Positions 9,313 to 19,164 of a stretch of 64,000 nucleotides of DNA are shown one piece after another; position 1 is the first letter of the stretch; every line of letters begins with the position of its first letter. The notes under the pieces are model-generated. The model searched no databases. It was given only the letters and a program-made list of their open reading frames with translations, and was not told the origin of the DNA. Position numbers and translations under genes: made by a program. Origin of the DNA: Minisyncoccota bacterium (GTDB lineage Bacteria; Patescibacteriota; Minisyncoccia; Phycocordibacterales; PALSA-1337); assembly GCA_041665325.1 (NCBI GenBank), contig JBAYJB010000003.1:1502-65501 (forward strand). Direction: 5' to 3'.

Positions 9313-10272
9313 GGCCTTCACGATCGCTTCTCCGAGCTTCTTGACCGCCGCATCATCTAGGACACTCACTTCGAGGATGTCCTTTCCGAGCTTTTCGAGC
9401 GATCTGCGGGCCGCCAAGGTCGTCTGCTCATCACAAAGGTCAGTCTTGGTCAGCAAAATGAGCTCTTTCTTGTCTGTCAGGCTCTCTCCATACTTCTCGA
9501 GCTCCTTGCGGACGACCTCGTAAGCTTCCAAAACATTGATATTCTCTAATGACACCAGGTGCAAGAGTATCTTGGTCTTCTTGATATGGCGCAGGAACTT
9601 GTGGCCAAGCCCCTTCCCTTCCGAGGCCCCCTCGATCAATCCAGGAAGGTCCGCCAGAATGTATCCGCCCGGGAGGGCGCCGAGGTTGGGGTCGAGTGTG
9701 GTGAATGCATAGCTCCCGACCTTGGCACCGGCGGATGTGAGCGCATTGAGCAAGCTGGATTTGCCGGCATTCGGCAGGCCGATCAAGCCGACATCAGCGA
9801 TCAGAGATAGCTCCACCTTGAAATCAGCCTCATCGCCAGGCAGGCCGGGAGTAGACTGTTCCGGCCGGATGTTGGTCGAGGCCTTGAAGTGTTCATTGCC
9901 CAAGCCACCCTTGCCGCCGTGAAGGATCTTGGCAGTCTCCCCTTCCTGGGTCAGCTCGATGACCCTCTTGGTGTTGGTATTGGTGATGACCGAACCGATC
10001 GGTAGCTCGATGTAGCGGTCCTCTCCCGATCCGCCCTGCCGGCTGAAGTTCGCTCCGGCCTCGCCGTGACCGGCCTCGAAGCTCTTGACCGACTTGTGAC
10101 GGGCTAGGATGTTGATGTCACGCACAGCGCGCACATAGACGTCGCCGCCCTTACCGCCGTTGCCGCCGCCCGGCCCGGAATATTCCTTGCTCTTCTCGTG
10201 GCGCCAACGGACCACGCCGGCCCCGCCGTTGCCGGCTTTCGCATAAAAAGCTATTTCATCGATGAGAGCCAT
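9304..10272 (-). CDS. obg: Obg family GTPase
   Basis: Gly-rich Obg fold (AGNGGAG, GGKGGLGNEHFK), GLPNAGKS, YAFTTL, DLPG, TKTD. Confidence 0.97.
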   Translation of the reverse strand: MALIDEIAFYAKAGNGGAGVVRWRHEKSKEYSGPGGGNGGKGGDVYVRAVRDINILARHKSVKSFEAGHGEAGANFSRQGGSGEDRYIELPIGSVITNTNTKRVIELTQEGETAKILHGGKGGLGNEHFKASTNIRPEQSTPGLPGDEADFKVELSLIADVGLIGLPNAGKSSLLNALTSAGAKVGSYAFTTLDPNLGALPGGYILADLPGLIEGASEGKGLGHKFLRHIKKTKILLHLVSLENINVLEAYEVVRKELEKYGESLTDKKELILLTKTDLCDEQTTLAARRSLEKLGKDILEVSVLDDAAVKKLGEAIVKALA

Positions 10273-10278
10273 GTAGTT

Positions 10279-11331
10279 TTAGTTGCGGCGCAGGGCCAGA
10301 GTCTTGTATATGTCAAGCAAGGCAAAGAGGAAAGCCAGGACCAGCGGCCCAAGAACGAAGCCGATCACCCCGAAGAGGGTGAGGCCGCCGAAGACCGAGA
10401 GGAGGACGAGGAGCGGATGGACCCGGGCTCCACGGCTGACGAAGAGCGGTCCGAGGAGGTTGTCGACGAGTCCGACGGCGATGAGGCTCCAGATGAGGAG
10501 ACCGACGGCATGGGGTGTCGAACCGGTGATAAACATATAGATGATACCTGGGATGAGGACAAGTGATGTACCGATGCCGGGGATGAGAGCTGCCACAGCG
10601 GCCACCGATCCCCAGACTGCCGGATTGGGCACACTGAAGATGGCAAAGCCGACGCCAGTCATGATCCCCTGGATGATCCCGATGGCGATCGAGCCGCCGA
10701 AGATGGCATATATAGTCTGGCGGAGCTTGTGCAGGACCTGCTCGTCATCGGCATCACCGAGCGGCGAGAGTTGGATGATCTGGCGCTTGAGCTCCTGCCC
10801 GTCACGTAGGAAATAGAAGAGTGACAAGAGCATGATGAATACGCCGATAGCCATGCGGGATAATCCATTGAAGACCACGTTGAGATTGTCGAACATCCAT
10901 TCCAGACCATGCGAAATGATGGTGGTGATATTGAAACTGTCGAATGATTGGGCCGGGTAGAGATCGAGGAAGATATGCGAGATCGAAGCCGAGACGCCAT
11001 TTAAGGCCGAGATAGTCTCCGAACGGCCGGACTCGTCTATCAGATAGGCATACATATTCTGGACTTCTACGTATATCTGGCCGGAGATGAGTAGGAGCGG
11101 CACAAGGACGATGACCACCACGACGATGATGGTGAGGAGGGCGGCCAAACTGCTCTTGGGCTTGCCGCCGAAGAAGAGACGGGTGATCCACCTGTACAGC
11201 GGTCCCGATACGACCGCGAGCGCGGCCGCGAGGACGATCGAAGTCAGGAATGGCAGGAACATGACCACGGCCAGGGCGATGACCGCGAGGAGGAGGCCGA
11301 AGAAGAAGTGATTCTTGGACTGTGAAGTCAT
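10279..11331 (-). CDS. AI-2E family transporter
   Basis: 350-aa multi-TM protein with YFLRDG, LIPGIG, DNLLGP, HPLLVLLSVFGG...GFVLGP. Confidence 0.92.
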   Translation of the reverse strand: MTSQSKNHFFFGLLLAVIALAVVMFLPFLTSIVLAAALAVVSGPLYRWITRLFFGGKPKSSLAALLTIIVVVVIVLVPLLLISGQIYVEVQNMYAYLIDESGRSETISALNGVSASISHIFLDLYPAQSFDSFNITTIISHGLEWMFDNLNVVFNGLSRMAIGVFIMLLSLFYFLRDGQELKRQIIQLSPLGDADDEQVLHKLRQTIYAIFGGSIAIGIIQGIMTGVGFAIFSVPNPAVWGSVAAVAALIPGIGTSLVLIPGIIYMFITGSTPHAVGLLIWSLIAVGLVDNLLGPLFVSRGARVHPLLVLLSVFGGLTLFGVIGFVLGPLVLAFLFALLDIYKTLALRRN

Positions 11332-11358
11332 ACGGACAGTCTACCCCAGGGGGCCTAT

Positions 11359-11832
11359 TTACTCAACTTCCCTGATATCTTGCTCTATGATCACCGCCGA
11401 ATGAGCCGGGCCTGACGCTTGATCGAAGCGGATCCTGCCTTTGAATCTCTTCCCTTGGAGGAATAGCGGGAACCAGTAAGGATCGTCGCTCCACATGTCC
11501 TTGAATGGGATCTTATCGGAGTCGAACCATTGCGGCCGCATCTCTTCGGTCTCGATCGGGTCGCCGCGATGGCGATCGATCCTATAGATGTGCATCTCGA
11601 TCGATTCCTCGCCATTCTGGAATTCAAAGACGAGCACACCCTGCTCGGTCATGGCCAAGGCTTCGATGCCGCACTCTTCCAGGACCTCCCTCTTGGCCGC
11701 TTCCTCGATGGTCTCATCGGACTTGACCTTACCGCCGAAGCCATTCCAGAGACCCATGCCAAAGCCGCGCTTCTTCATGCCCAAAAGAACTTTTGAGTGT
11801 TCGTGGATCAAACAGAGCGTGGTGACTTTCAT
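11359..11832 (-). CDS. NUDIX hydrolase, 8-oxo-dGTP diphosphatase (MTH1-like)
   Basis: LLGMKKRGFGMGLWNGFGGKV...AAKREVLEECG, EEMRPQWF, MWSDD. Confidence 0.92.
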   Translation of the reverse strand: MKVTTLCLIHEHSKVLLGMKKRGFGMGLWNGFGGKVKSDETIEEAAKREVLEECGIEALAMTEQGVLVFEFQNGEESIEMHIYRIDRHRGDPIETEEMRPQWFDSDKIPFKDMWSDDPYWFPLFLQGKRFKGRIRFDQASGPAHSAVIIEQDIREVE

Positions 11833-12016
11833 AGATGAATATGATTATACACAAATTCAAATAAGGGGATGTTTGGTTATCAGATTCGCGAGCGTGGCGA
11901 GCAAATCCCTCTTTTCATCAAAAATTTCTAAGTCAAAACTCAAAAAGTATGTTCTGGTAGTATGGCCCGGTGATAGATGCCCTTCTTGCTCCTCCAGCGA
12001 AGTGACCACTTTCCGG

Positions 12017-14677
12017 TCACTTCAAGGAAGTTGACGGAAGTGATAGACGCCGGTGTTCTTCCGTATCGAGCGCGCCACACTTCTTGAATTTTTTACCGCT
12101 GCCACAAGGACAAGGGTCGTTGCGTCCCGGGCCATCCGCCGAACCAGCGCCGACGCGTACTGCCGCCTTACCGGAACCATCACCCAGAGTGATATCCTGC
12201 GCATTCTTCTGCACTTCGTTTAGGTCGGATTTCTCGGCCTTAGCCGGTACCCCATTCTGGACAGGCACGATATTCGGCAGGATGCGGGCGAATTGTCCAC
12301 GCATAGCGGCTTGCATCTCCTTGTAGAGACGCAGACCTTCCTTCTTGTATTCAACAAGCGGATCCCTCTGGCCATAGGCACGGAGGTTGACGCTCGAACG
12401 GGTGTAATCCATGACTTCGAGGTGCTCCACCCAATACATATCCATCGTCTGGAGGAGGATGATCCTCACGGCAGCCAGGAATGATTCGCGGCCGAATTCA
12501 CCGACTTTCTTCGTGACCACGGTCTGTGCTTCGACGTCACCTTCGGTCACCATCGTAAGCTGGGCTTCAACTTCATCGAGCGAACCCACCAAGAGAGCGC
12601 GGCGATCCTTGTACACCGTGGTGCGCTGATGGTTGATGACATCGTCGAATTCGAGGACATGTTTGCGCGAGTCGAAGTTGAAACCTTCGATCTTCTGTTG
12701 GGCGCTCTCGAGCGATTTGGAGATCATACCGTGCTCGATCGGCTCATCTTCTGGCATGCCGAGCTTGGTCATCATGGACTTGAGCATGTCGGAAGCAAAG
12801 ACGCGCATCAGCTGGTCCTCGAGCGACACATAGAACTGCGTCTCCCCCGGATCGCCCTGGCGGCCGGAGCGGCCGCGCAACTGGTCGTCGATGCGCCGAG
12901 CTTCGTGGCGCTCGGTGCCGAGGACGAAGAGGCCGCCGGTCCCGCGAACTTCGTCGTATGACTCCGGAGTGTTGGGCGAACCGCCGAGCTTGACGTCTAC
13001 GCCACGACCGGCCATGTTGGTGGCGATGGTCACGGCCCCCTTCTTGCCTGCTTGAGCGACGGTCTCACCCTCGCGCTCGGCGTATTCCGGCTTGGCATTC
13101 AAGATAGTATGCGGGATGCCTTCAGACTTGAGGAATGACGACAGGAGCTCATTCTTCTCGATCGAGACTGTGCCGATCAAGACCGGCTGACCCTTGGCAT
13201 GGAGCTCCTTGACCTTCCTCGAGATGGCCTTGAACTTGCCATGCTCGGTGCGGAAGATCTGATCATTGCGGTCGGCGCGGACCATCGGCCGATTGGTCGG
13301 CACGGTGTAGACATCGAGGCCATAGACCTTGAAGAATTCTTCGGCGGAAGTAGCCGCCGTGCCGGTCATGCCGGACAGCTTCGGGAACATGCGGAAGAAG
13401 TTCTGATAGGTGATCGAAGCATAAGTGCGAGACTCCTGCTGGACTGCGACACCTTCTTTGGCTTCGATGGCCTGATGCAAACCCTCAGACCATCGGCGAC
13501 CGGGCTGGAGGCGCCCGGTGAATTCGTCGACGATGATGATCTCATTGCCTTTGACCACATACTCTTTGTCCTTGTGATATAGGGCCTTGGCGCGGATAGC
13601 GGTCTCCAGATGGTGGACAGACTTGATACCCTTGTCGGTGTAGATATTGTCGATGCTCAGGGCCTGCTCGGCCTTGGTGATGCCGGCTTGCGTCAGAGCG
13701 ATGCCCTTATGTTTCTCATCTACAGTATAGTCGGCCTCCTGTTCGAAGCGACCGACGAGCGTGGCGAACTGCTTGTAAGTGCTCTCGGCATCGCGCATCG
13801 GCGCCGAGATGATGAGCGGCGTGCGCGCCTCATCGATCAAGATCGAGTCGATCTCATCGACGACGGCGTAGTTGAACGGCCGCTGGCGCAGACGGTCGGG
13901 CGCGTACTCCAGGTTGTCGCGCAGATAATCGAAACCGAACTCAACGTTGGTGCCATAGGTGATATCGGCTTCGTAGGCCTCACGGCGCGAGATCGGGCGC
14001 AGGAATTCATGGACGACCTTGAATGAACCTAGGAGGTCGCGCTCTTTATCGAGAGTATCGGTCTGGCTTCCTCCCGGGGACAACAGTACATCCGCTCGCT
14101 CGTCGCTAGCTCCTCCTCGCGGAGTACTGTTCTCCTCTACGGGAGCAGTAATGTGTTTCGAGTCATAGATGAAGCTCGACTCGTGGTTGACGACGGCGAC
14201 CGTGAGGCCGAGGGCGTCGTAGATCTGCCCCATCCAAGTAGCATCGCGGCGGGAGAGGTAGTCGTTGACCGTGACAAGATGCGCACCCTTACCGGTCAGG
14301 GCATTGAGGTATAGAGGGAGCGTCGCCACTAAGGTCTTGCCTTCACCGGTCTTCATCTCGGCGATACCGCCGCTATTCAAGACCATGCCGCCGATGAGCT
14401 GGACGTCGAAGTGTCTCTGACCGAGGGTGCGGCGAGAAGCCTCGCGCACTACAGCGAAGGCCTCAGGAAGGATCTCAGCGAGGATGCGGGCCTCATCTTC
14501 CTTACTCCCGTTCCCCTGCTTCAGACGCTCCTTGAACTCAGCAGTCTTAGCCTTGAGGTCGGCATCCGAGAGCGCCTTCGTGGCCGGCTCAAAAGCATTG
14601 ATCTTGGCGACCAACGGCTCGAATTTCTTGACATTCTGGGTGTGCTGGCCACCCATGAGCTTGGCGAAAAATGACAT
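12017..14677 (-). CDS. secA: Preprotein translocase subunit SecA, carrying a ~27-aa insertion from the palindromic element
   Basis: EMKTGEGKT, VDEIDSILIDEARTPLIIS, ATNMAGRG, QLRGRSGRQGDPG, SEC-C motif GRNDPCPCGSGKKFKKC. Start placed at MSFFAKL. Confidence 0.98.
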   Translation of the reverse strand: MSFFAKLMGGQHTQNVKKFEPLVAKINAFEPATKALSDADLKAKTAEFKERLKQGNGSKEDEARILAEILPEAFAVVREASRRTLGQRHFDVQLIGGMVLNSGGIAEMKTGEGKTLVATLPLYLNALTGKGAHLVTVNDYLSRRDATWMGQIYDALGLTVAVVNHESSFIYDSKHITAPVEENSTPRGGASDERADVLLSPGGSQTDTLDKERDLLGSFKVVHEFLRPISRREAYEADITYGTNVEFGFDYLRDNLEYAPDRLRQRPFNYAVVDEIDSILIDEARTPLIISAPMRDAESTYKQFATLVGRFEQEADYTVDEKHKGIALTQAGITKAEQALSIDNIYTDKGIKSVHHLETAIRAKALYHKDKEYVVKGNEIIIVDEFTGRLQPGRRWSEGLHQAIEAKEGVAVQQESRTYASITYQNFFRMFPKLSGMTGTAATSAEEFFKVYGLDVYTVPTNRPMVRADRNDQIFRTEHGKFKAISRKVKELHAKGQPVLIGTVSIEKNELLSSFLKSEGIPHTILNAKPEYAEREGETVAQAGKKGAVTIATNMAGRGVDVKLGGSPNTPESYDEVRGTGGLFVLGTERHEARRIDDQLRGRSGRQGDPGETQFYVSLEDQLMRVFASDMLKSMMTKLGMPEDEPIEHGMISKSLESAQQKIEGFNFDSRKHVLEFDDVINHQRTTVYKDRRALLVGSLDEVEAQLTMVTEGDVEAQTVVTKKVGEFGRESFLAAVRIILLQTMDMYWVEHLEVMDYTRSSVNLRAYGQRDPLVEYKKEGLRLYKEMQAAMRGQFARILPNIVPVQNGVPAKAEKSDLNEVQKNAQDITLGDGSGKAAVRVGAGSADGPGRNDPCPCGSGKKFKKCGALDTEEHRRLSLPSTSLK
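14066..14146 (-). repeat. Palindromic element copy A, in frame in secA
   Basis: Shares 25-nt and 26-nt identical blocks with 47219-47309. Stem AACAGTAC...GTACTGTT. Length 81 nt. Confidence 0.88.
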
Positions 14678-14724
14678 ATGTGGAGCCACTCTATCACATT
14701 TGGCCCTAACGGGCCATGAATTTG

Positions 14725-15750
14725 CTAATTCACCCACTCCACTTCGCCGGTCACTTCCACTCCGGTCTTCTCCTTGACTCTGTTCATCAATTCTTGGGCC
14801 AGGTTGACTACGTCGGCGGCAGTCGATCCGGGCTTGGCCACGATGACCAAGGCCTGCTTCTCATAGACGCATACGCCGTCGAGGCAGAGATCTTTGGCGT
14901 GGCAGACATTGTCCAGGATCCAGCCGAGTGAGAGCTTGATGCGGCCGTCGGGCTCCGGATATCCGGGAAGATCGGGATACGCCTTCTTGAGCTCATGCCA
15001 CTTGTCGATGGTGATGGTCGGATTCTTGAAGAACGACCCTGCTGTACCCCAAAGCTTCCAATCCGGCAGCTTGTGCCAGCGGATATCGATGACGGCCGCG
15101 CGGATATCCCGCGGCGTCGGGTTCGCGACCGGCGGCGTCTTGCGCTTGAAATAGTCATCGACATCGCGATATCTGGTATTGACCTCTCCCTTAGCGCTCA
15201 AAGAAAAATTCACGCGGGTGATGACATAACGGGCGCGGTCTTCCTTGAAAACCGAATCACGGTAGGCAAAATGGCAATCTTGATTGTTGAGCTCGCGATA
15301 TTGTGAGGTCTGGCGGTCGAGGACGCGTACCGACACGATCGTGTCGGAAGCTTCCGTGCCGTAGGCGCCGATGTTCTGCACCGGCGCGGCGCCAACCGTG
15401 CCGGGAATGGCCGAGAGATTCTCCAAGCCATAGAGGCCGCGCTCAACGGTCTCCTCGACTAGCTCATCCCACATCTCACCGGCCGCGGCCGAGACGATCG
15501 TCCTATCCCCTTCGGTCCGGTATGTGACGCCGCGAAGCTCGATCTTGATGACGAGGCCAGGGAATCCCTTGTCGGAGATGAGGATATTTGACCCGCCGCC
15601 TAGAATGAAGACGCGCAGCTTCTTCTCGCTCGCGAAGGCCAGAGCCTTGAGCAATTCATCCTCGGTCGAAACATGACAAAAAAAGCGGGCTGATCCCCCG
15701 ATTTTGAATGTCGTATATTGTGCCAAAGCGACGTTTTCCTGAATATTCAT
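14725..15750 (-). CDS. murB: UDP-N-acetylmuramate dehydrogenase
   Basis: TTFKIGG, LGGGSN, GLENLSAIPGTVGAAPVQNIGAYG, FAYRDS, AGSFFKNP. Start placed at MNIQENV. Confidence 0.97.
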   Translation of the reverse strand: MNIQENVALAQYTTFKIGGSARFFCHVSTEDELLKALAFASEKKLRVFILGGGSNILISDKGFPGLVIKIELRGVTYRTEGDRTIVSAAAGEMWDELVEETVERGLYGLENLSAIPGTVGAAPVQNIGAYGTEASDTIVSVRVLDRQTSQYRELNNQDCHFAYRDSVFKEDRARYVITRVNFSLSAKGEVNTRYRDVDDYFKRKTPPVANPTPRDIRAAVIDIRWHKLPDWKLWGTAGSFFKNPTITIDKWHELKKAYPDLPGYPEPDGRIKLSLGWILDNVCHAKDLCLDGVCVYEKQALVIVAKPGSTAADVVNLAQELMNRVKEKTGVEVTGEVEWVN

Positions 15751-15754
15751 ATGT

Positions 15755-15960
15755 TTGTACCAACTGACGGCGACGGGTGCGAGCTCCAAATATAATGTCT
15801 ATAATGTGAGTACAGCCGTCGCCGTCACTTGGTGCAATCTACTCTCATTATATGCTCGGTTCCGGAATCCGCAAGTATGACGCTCCATGACGCAAAAGGC
15901 CGCCAGAGGCGGCACTTTGCGTAGACATTTTTGGAGAGTGCCCACACTGGGTACTCACCA
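15755..15960 (-). ncRNA. Candidate structured 5' leader or ncRNA upstream of murB (four consecutive hairpins)
   Basis: Largest stem TTGTACCAACTGACGGCGACGG / CCGTCGCCGTCACTTGGTGCAA (20/22 complementary, 15755-15837), plus three smaller hairpins between it and the promoter. Confidence 0.45.
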
Positions 15961-15964
15961 AGAC

Positions 15965-15993
15965 AATATAGCATAAATGACCATAAAAAGCAA
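15965..15993 (-). promoter_or_regulatory. Sigma70-like promoter for the murB-secA transcript
   Basis: TTGCTT-17 bp-TATATT with a TGn extension. Confidence 0.6.
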
Positions 15994-16040
15994 GTCTCGT
16001 CTGTCGATAGACAGTGGATAACCGATCCCCTGTCTTGCCC

Positions 16041-18224
16041 TTATTTCTGGATCTCCTTGATGGACGCATCTATCTGATCCTTGTATTCCGGATGATCCTT
16101 GGCGATCTGTCGGAGCGTAGCCACGGCCGCCGAGAGCTGTCCGGCGGTATATTGGGCTTGGGCCAGCTGGATAGCGGCGCCGGCATTCTTGGGGTCGATC
16201 TTCAGGAGGGCTTGGTATATGTCCAAGGCCTTGGAATAGTCCTTGACTGCCATGTAAGCCTGGGCGACCTGCGGCGACTGGAAGATCCCCGTATCGTCCG
16301 CAAACATCTGACGGGCCGCGGCGTCTTTGCCAGCGATGATGAGAGCCACAACATAAGTACTCTTGACCGACACATTATCCGGTGCCGCGTCATATGCAGC
16401 CTTCAGGATATCGACGGCCTCGGCGGCTTTGCCGGAGTTGATGAGACTGATGCCCAACTGGAGACTGATCGACTGTTTGGCTGGCGAGAGCTCATGCGCC
16501 GTCTGTAGCAGAGCGACCGCAGCTGCCGATTGGTTGACGACATTCAGGAATGATCCGCCGAGAGTGTAGATGCGGGCGTCCTTCATGGGCGTAGCGGCGA
16601 TCTGATCCGTGATGGCTTTGTTCGCCAGATCGTAGAAAGCCTGCTTGGTAGGACCGGGGACCTGTTGGTTGCCGATGACGCCGCTCGCGCAAGACAAGAG
16701 CTGTTCACGGATCTCCTGATTGGCTGTGTAGACGTCGATGGCTAGAACCTTCTCGAAAAGAGCGACATCCGGCTGTGAGCCGCAAGCTTGGAGCGCCCTG
16801 ATGAGACCGGTGTTGGCCTTGATCACCCGGACATTGAGGAAATAGATGCCGAAGATAAGGACGATGATGATGACAGGTAGGGCGACATATTCGACAGCTT
16901 CGACGGGCATCGGCTTGTCACCGATCATCTTGATCGGACGGCCTGGGCGCAGAGAGTCAGCGAACCCGAGCGCCGTGAAGAACAGGACGTAACTAGCCAG
17001 GTTGTCGAAGACGAAGATGTTGTGGACGGCATAGCCGGCCAAGAGGCCAGTGAGGATGCTCTTCTCCCCGACAGTGAGTGAGGATCTCCAGATCGAGAAA
17101 AGGAATAGGATATATAGAGACAGGTAGGCGAGCAATCCGACGATACCCGAAGCGGTCAGCCAATCGAGGAAGACACTGTGGGCGCGGTCGAACCATTGCT
17201 CCTGATTCCACATCTTTGGTTCATAATTGGCGTTGAAGATGTAGTTGAAATTCTCCTGACCCCAGCCCAAGATCGGACGCTCGGCAAAGCCCTTCACGGC
17301 CATCGGCCAGATATAGCCGCGGGCTTGAGTCTTGTTCTCTTCCCAGGAGATCGAGGCCATGCGCTGTAAGGTCTCGTTATTCTGGATGAACGGCTGATGA
17401 CGATTGGCCCAGAATACCAAGCTGACCAAGACGATGAGAGCGACGCCGCCTAGAGCCACACCGCGCGACTTCCTGGACTCCTTCTTGCCAAAGACGACAT
17501 ACAGGAGAAGGGCCAAGACAGCGCCGCCTACGAGACCGAGGATCGTGCCGCGGGTAGAAGTCTCGAAGACTTCAAAGGCGAACAGAAGCGCGAGGATCAG
17601 GTATGCCCAGCGCAAAAAAGAGGCATTATTGATCTGCCGAGCTTTGGCCACGAGGAACATGTAAGCGGCCAAGCCGGCATTCCAGAGCATGTATACGGCC
17701 ATGTATGCGGCGTTGCCGAGAGAGGCATCGATACGAGAAGACCCTTGGTGGATGGCTGCCCAACCAAAGAACTGGAAGAGACCGTAGATGCCGACGATGA
17801 GGGCGATGAAGAGCTCGACATTCAAGAATCGATGCCACATCCGCTTCCCCTCTTCGCCGGAACCGAAGATATTGGTAGTGACGAGGAAGAAGGCGCCGAG
17901 GTGAGCGATAGTGAGCCATCCCTCCATACGCTCGAAGTTGGACCAGATGCTACGAAGCGGGTTGACGCCCAGGAGATCGGCGGCCAAAGTGACTAGAGTG
18001 AAGATGCCGATGCCGATCGTGAGCGGCGTCCACTTGGGCCGATACTTGGCGTCGAGGAAAGCTAGGATGAGCCAGGCGGCCAGAGCGACCTCTACGAGGA
18101 TCCTGAAATAGAAAGCCTTGCCGGTGATGAACGGGAAGAAAAAAGGATTAGCGATGATGAGGGGGAAAACTGGGACAAGGAAGATAGCGGCTAGGGCGAG
18201 GAAGCGAGCGGTTTTTTTGATCAT
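16041..18224 (-). CDS. O-antigen ligase (WaaL/Wzy_C)-family protein with C-terminal TPRs
   Basis: Multi-TM, RIDASLGNA, TSTRG, RPILGWGQENF, FDRAHSVFLD, TPR-like helical tail. Start placed at MIKKTARF. Confidence 0.88.
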   Translation of the reverse strand: MIKKTARFLALAAIFLVPVFPLIIANPFFFPFITGKAFYFRILVEVALAAWLILAFLDAKYRPKWTPLTIGIGIFTLVTLAADLLGVNPLRSIWSNFERMEGWLTIAHLGAFFLVTTNIFGSGEEGKRMWHRFLNVELFIALIVGIYGLFQFFGWAAIHQGSSRIDASLGNAAYMAVYMLWNAGLAAYMFLVAKARQINNASFLRWAYLILALLFAFEVFETSTRGTILGLVGGAVLALLLYVVFGKKESRKSRGVALGGVALIVLVSLVFWANRHQPFIQNNETLQRMASISWEENKTQARGYIWPMAVKGFAERPILGWGQENFNYIFNANYEPKMWNQEQWFDRAHSVFLDWLTASGIVGLLAYLSLYILFLFSIWRSSLTVGEKSILTGLLAGYAVHNIFVFDNLASYVLFFTALGFADSLRPGRPIKMIGDKPMPVEAVEYVALPVIIIVLIFGIYFLNVRVIKANTGLIRALQACGSQPDVALFEKVLAIDVYTANQEIREQLLSCASGVIGNQQVPGPTKQAFYDLANKAITDQIAATPMKDARIYTLGGSFLNVVNQSAAAVALLQTAHELSPAKQSISLQLGISLINSGKAAEAVDILKAAYDAAPDNVSVKSTYVVALIIAGKDAAARQMFADDTGIFQSPQVAQAYMAVKDYSKALDIYQALLKIDPKNAGAAIQLAQAQYTAGQLSAAVATLRQIAKDHPEYKDQIDASIKEIQK

Positions 18225-18301
18225 GGTGGTAAGGGTACTATAACATGGCCTATTTGCAAAGTTTAATTGAAAAAACAGGCCCAAAATGCTAGCATGGCCC
18301 C

Positions 18302-19126
18302 ATGTCAACGGCCGTCACCGTCATCCGCCCCAAGCGGTTATTCCACCTCGCCGACCTCAAGGAACTCTGGAATTACCGGGAGCTTTTGTATTTCTTCAGC
18401 TGGCGGGACCTCAAGGTACGCTACAAGCAGACAGCGATCGGCGTCCTCTGGTCGGTCCTACAGCCCTTCATCACTATGGTGGTGTTCTCGTTCTTCTTCG
18501 GCAAGCTCGTCCAGGTGCCGTCTGACGGAGTGCCCTATCCGATCTTCGTGTACACCGGCCTCCTATTCTGGCAATTCTTTTCCGACTCCTTGAATGAGAC
18601 CAGCAACTGTCTCCTGGCCAACAAAGCCATCGTCACCAAGATATACTTCCCGCGACTGATCCTGCCGATCTCTTCTGTACTGACCAAGCTCGTGGACTTC
18701 GCGATCGCCGCGGTCATCATGATCGGTCTCATGTTCTACTATGGATATGTGCCAAGTTGGGGCGGCCTACTCATGCTGCCGCTCTTACTCGTCCTGACAT
18801 TCATGGCCGCGGTCGGGCTCGGCCTCGTCCTGGCTTCGATCAACGTCAAATATCGCGATGTGCGCTACGCCCTGCCCTTCTTCATCCAGATACTACTCTT
18901 CGTCACGCCGGTCATATATCCGGCATCGCTCGCCGGAAGCTATTCGAAGTTTCTGGCCTTGAACCCGATGATGGGCGTGATCCAGAGCGCCCGCGCGGCT
19001 CTCCTCGGCACTACACCGATCAACTGGACGCTCATCCTGACTTCGGCGATCGGCGGACTCATCCTGCTAGGCATCGGCTTGGTCTACTTCAAGAAAACAG
19101 AGAGGTACTTCGCAGATATCATATAG
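18302..19126 (+). CDS. wzm: Polysaccharide ABC transporter permease
   Basis: RDLKVRYKQTAIGVLW, KIYFPR, YRDVRY, FVTPVIYP, LNPM. Confidence 0.95.
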   Translation: MSTAVTVIRPKRLFHLADLKELWNYRELLYFFSWRDLKVRYKQTAIGVLWSVLQPFITMVVFSFFFGKLVQVPSDGVPYPIFVYTGLLFWQFFSDSLNETSNCLLANKAIVTKIYFPRLILPISSVLTKLVDFAIAAVIMIGLMFYYGYVPSWGGLLMLPLLLVLTFMAAVGLGLVLASINVKYRDVRYALPFFIQILLFVTPVIYPASLAGSYSKFLALNPMMGVIQSARAALLGTTPINWTLILTSAIGGLILLGIGLVYFKKTERYFADII

Positions 19127-19164
19127 ACATTATAAACTCACACTGGCGGCAGCAATCTAACATC

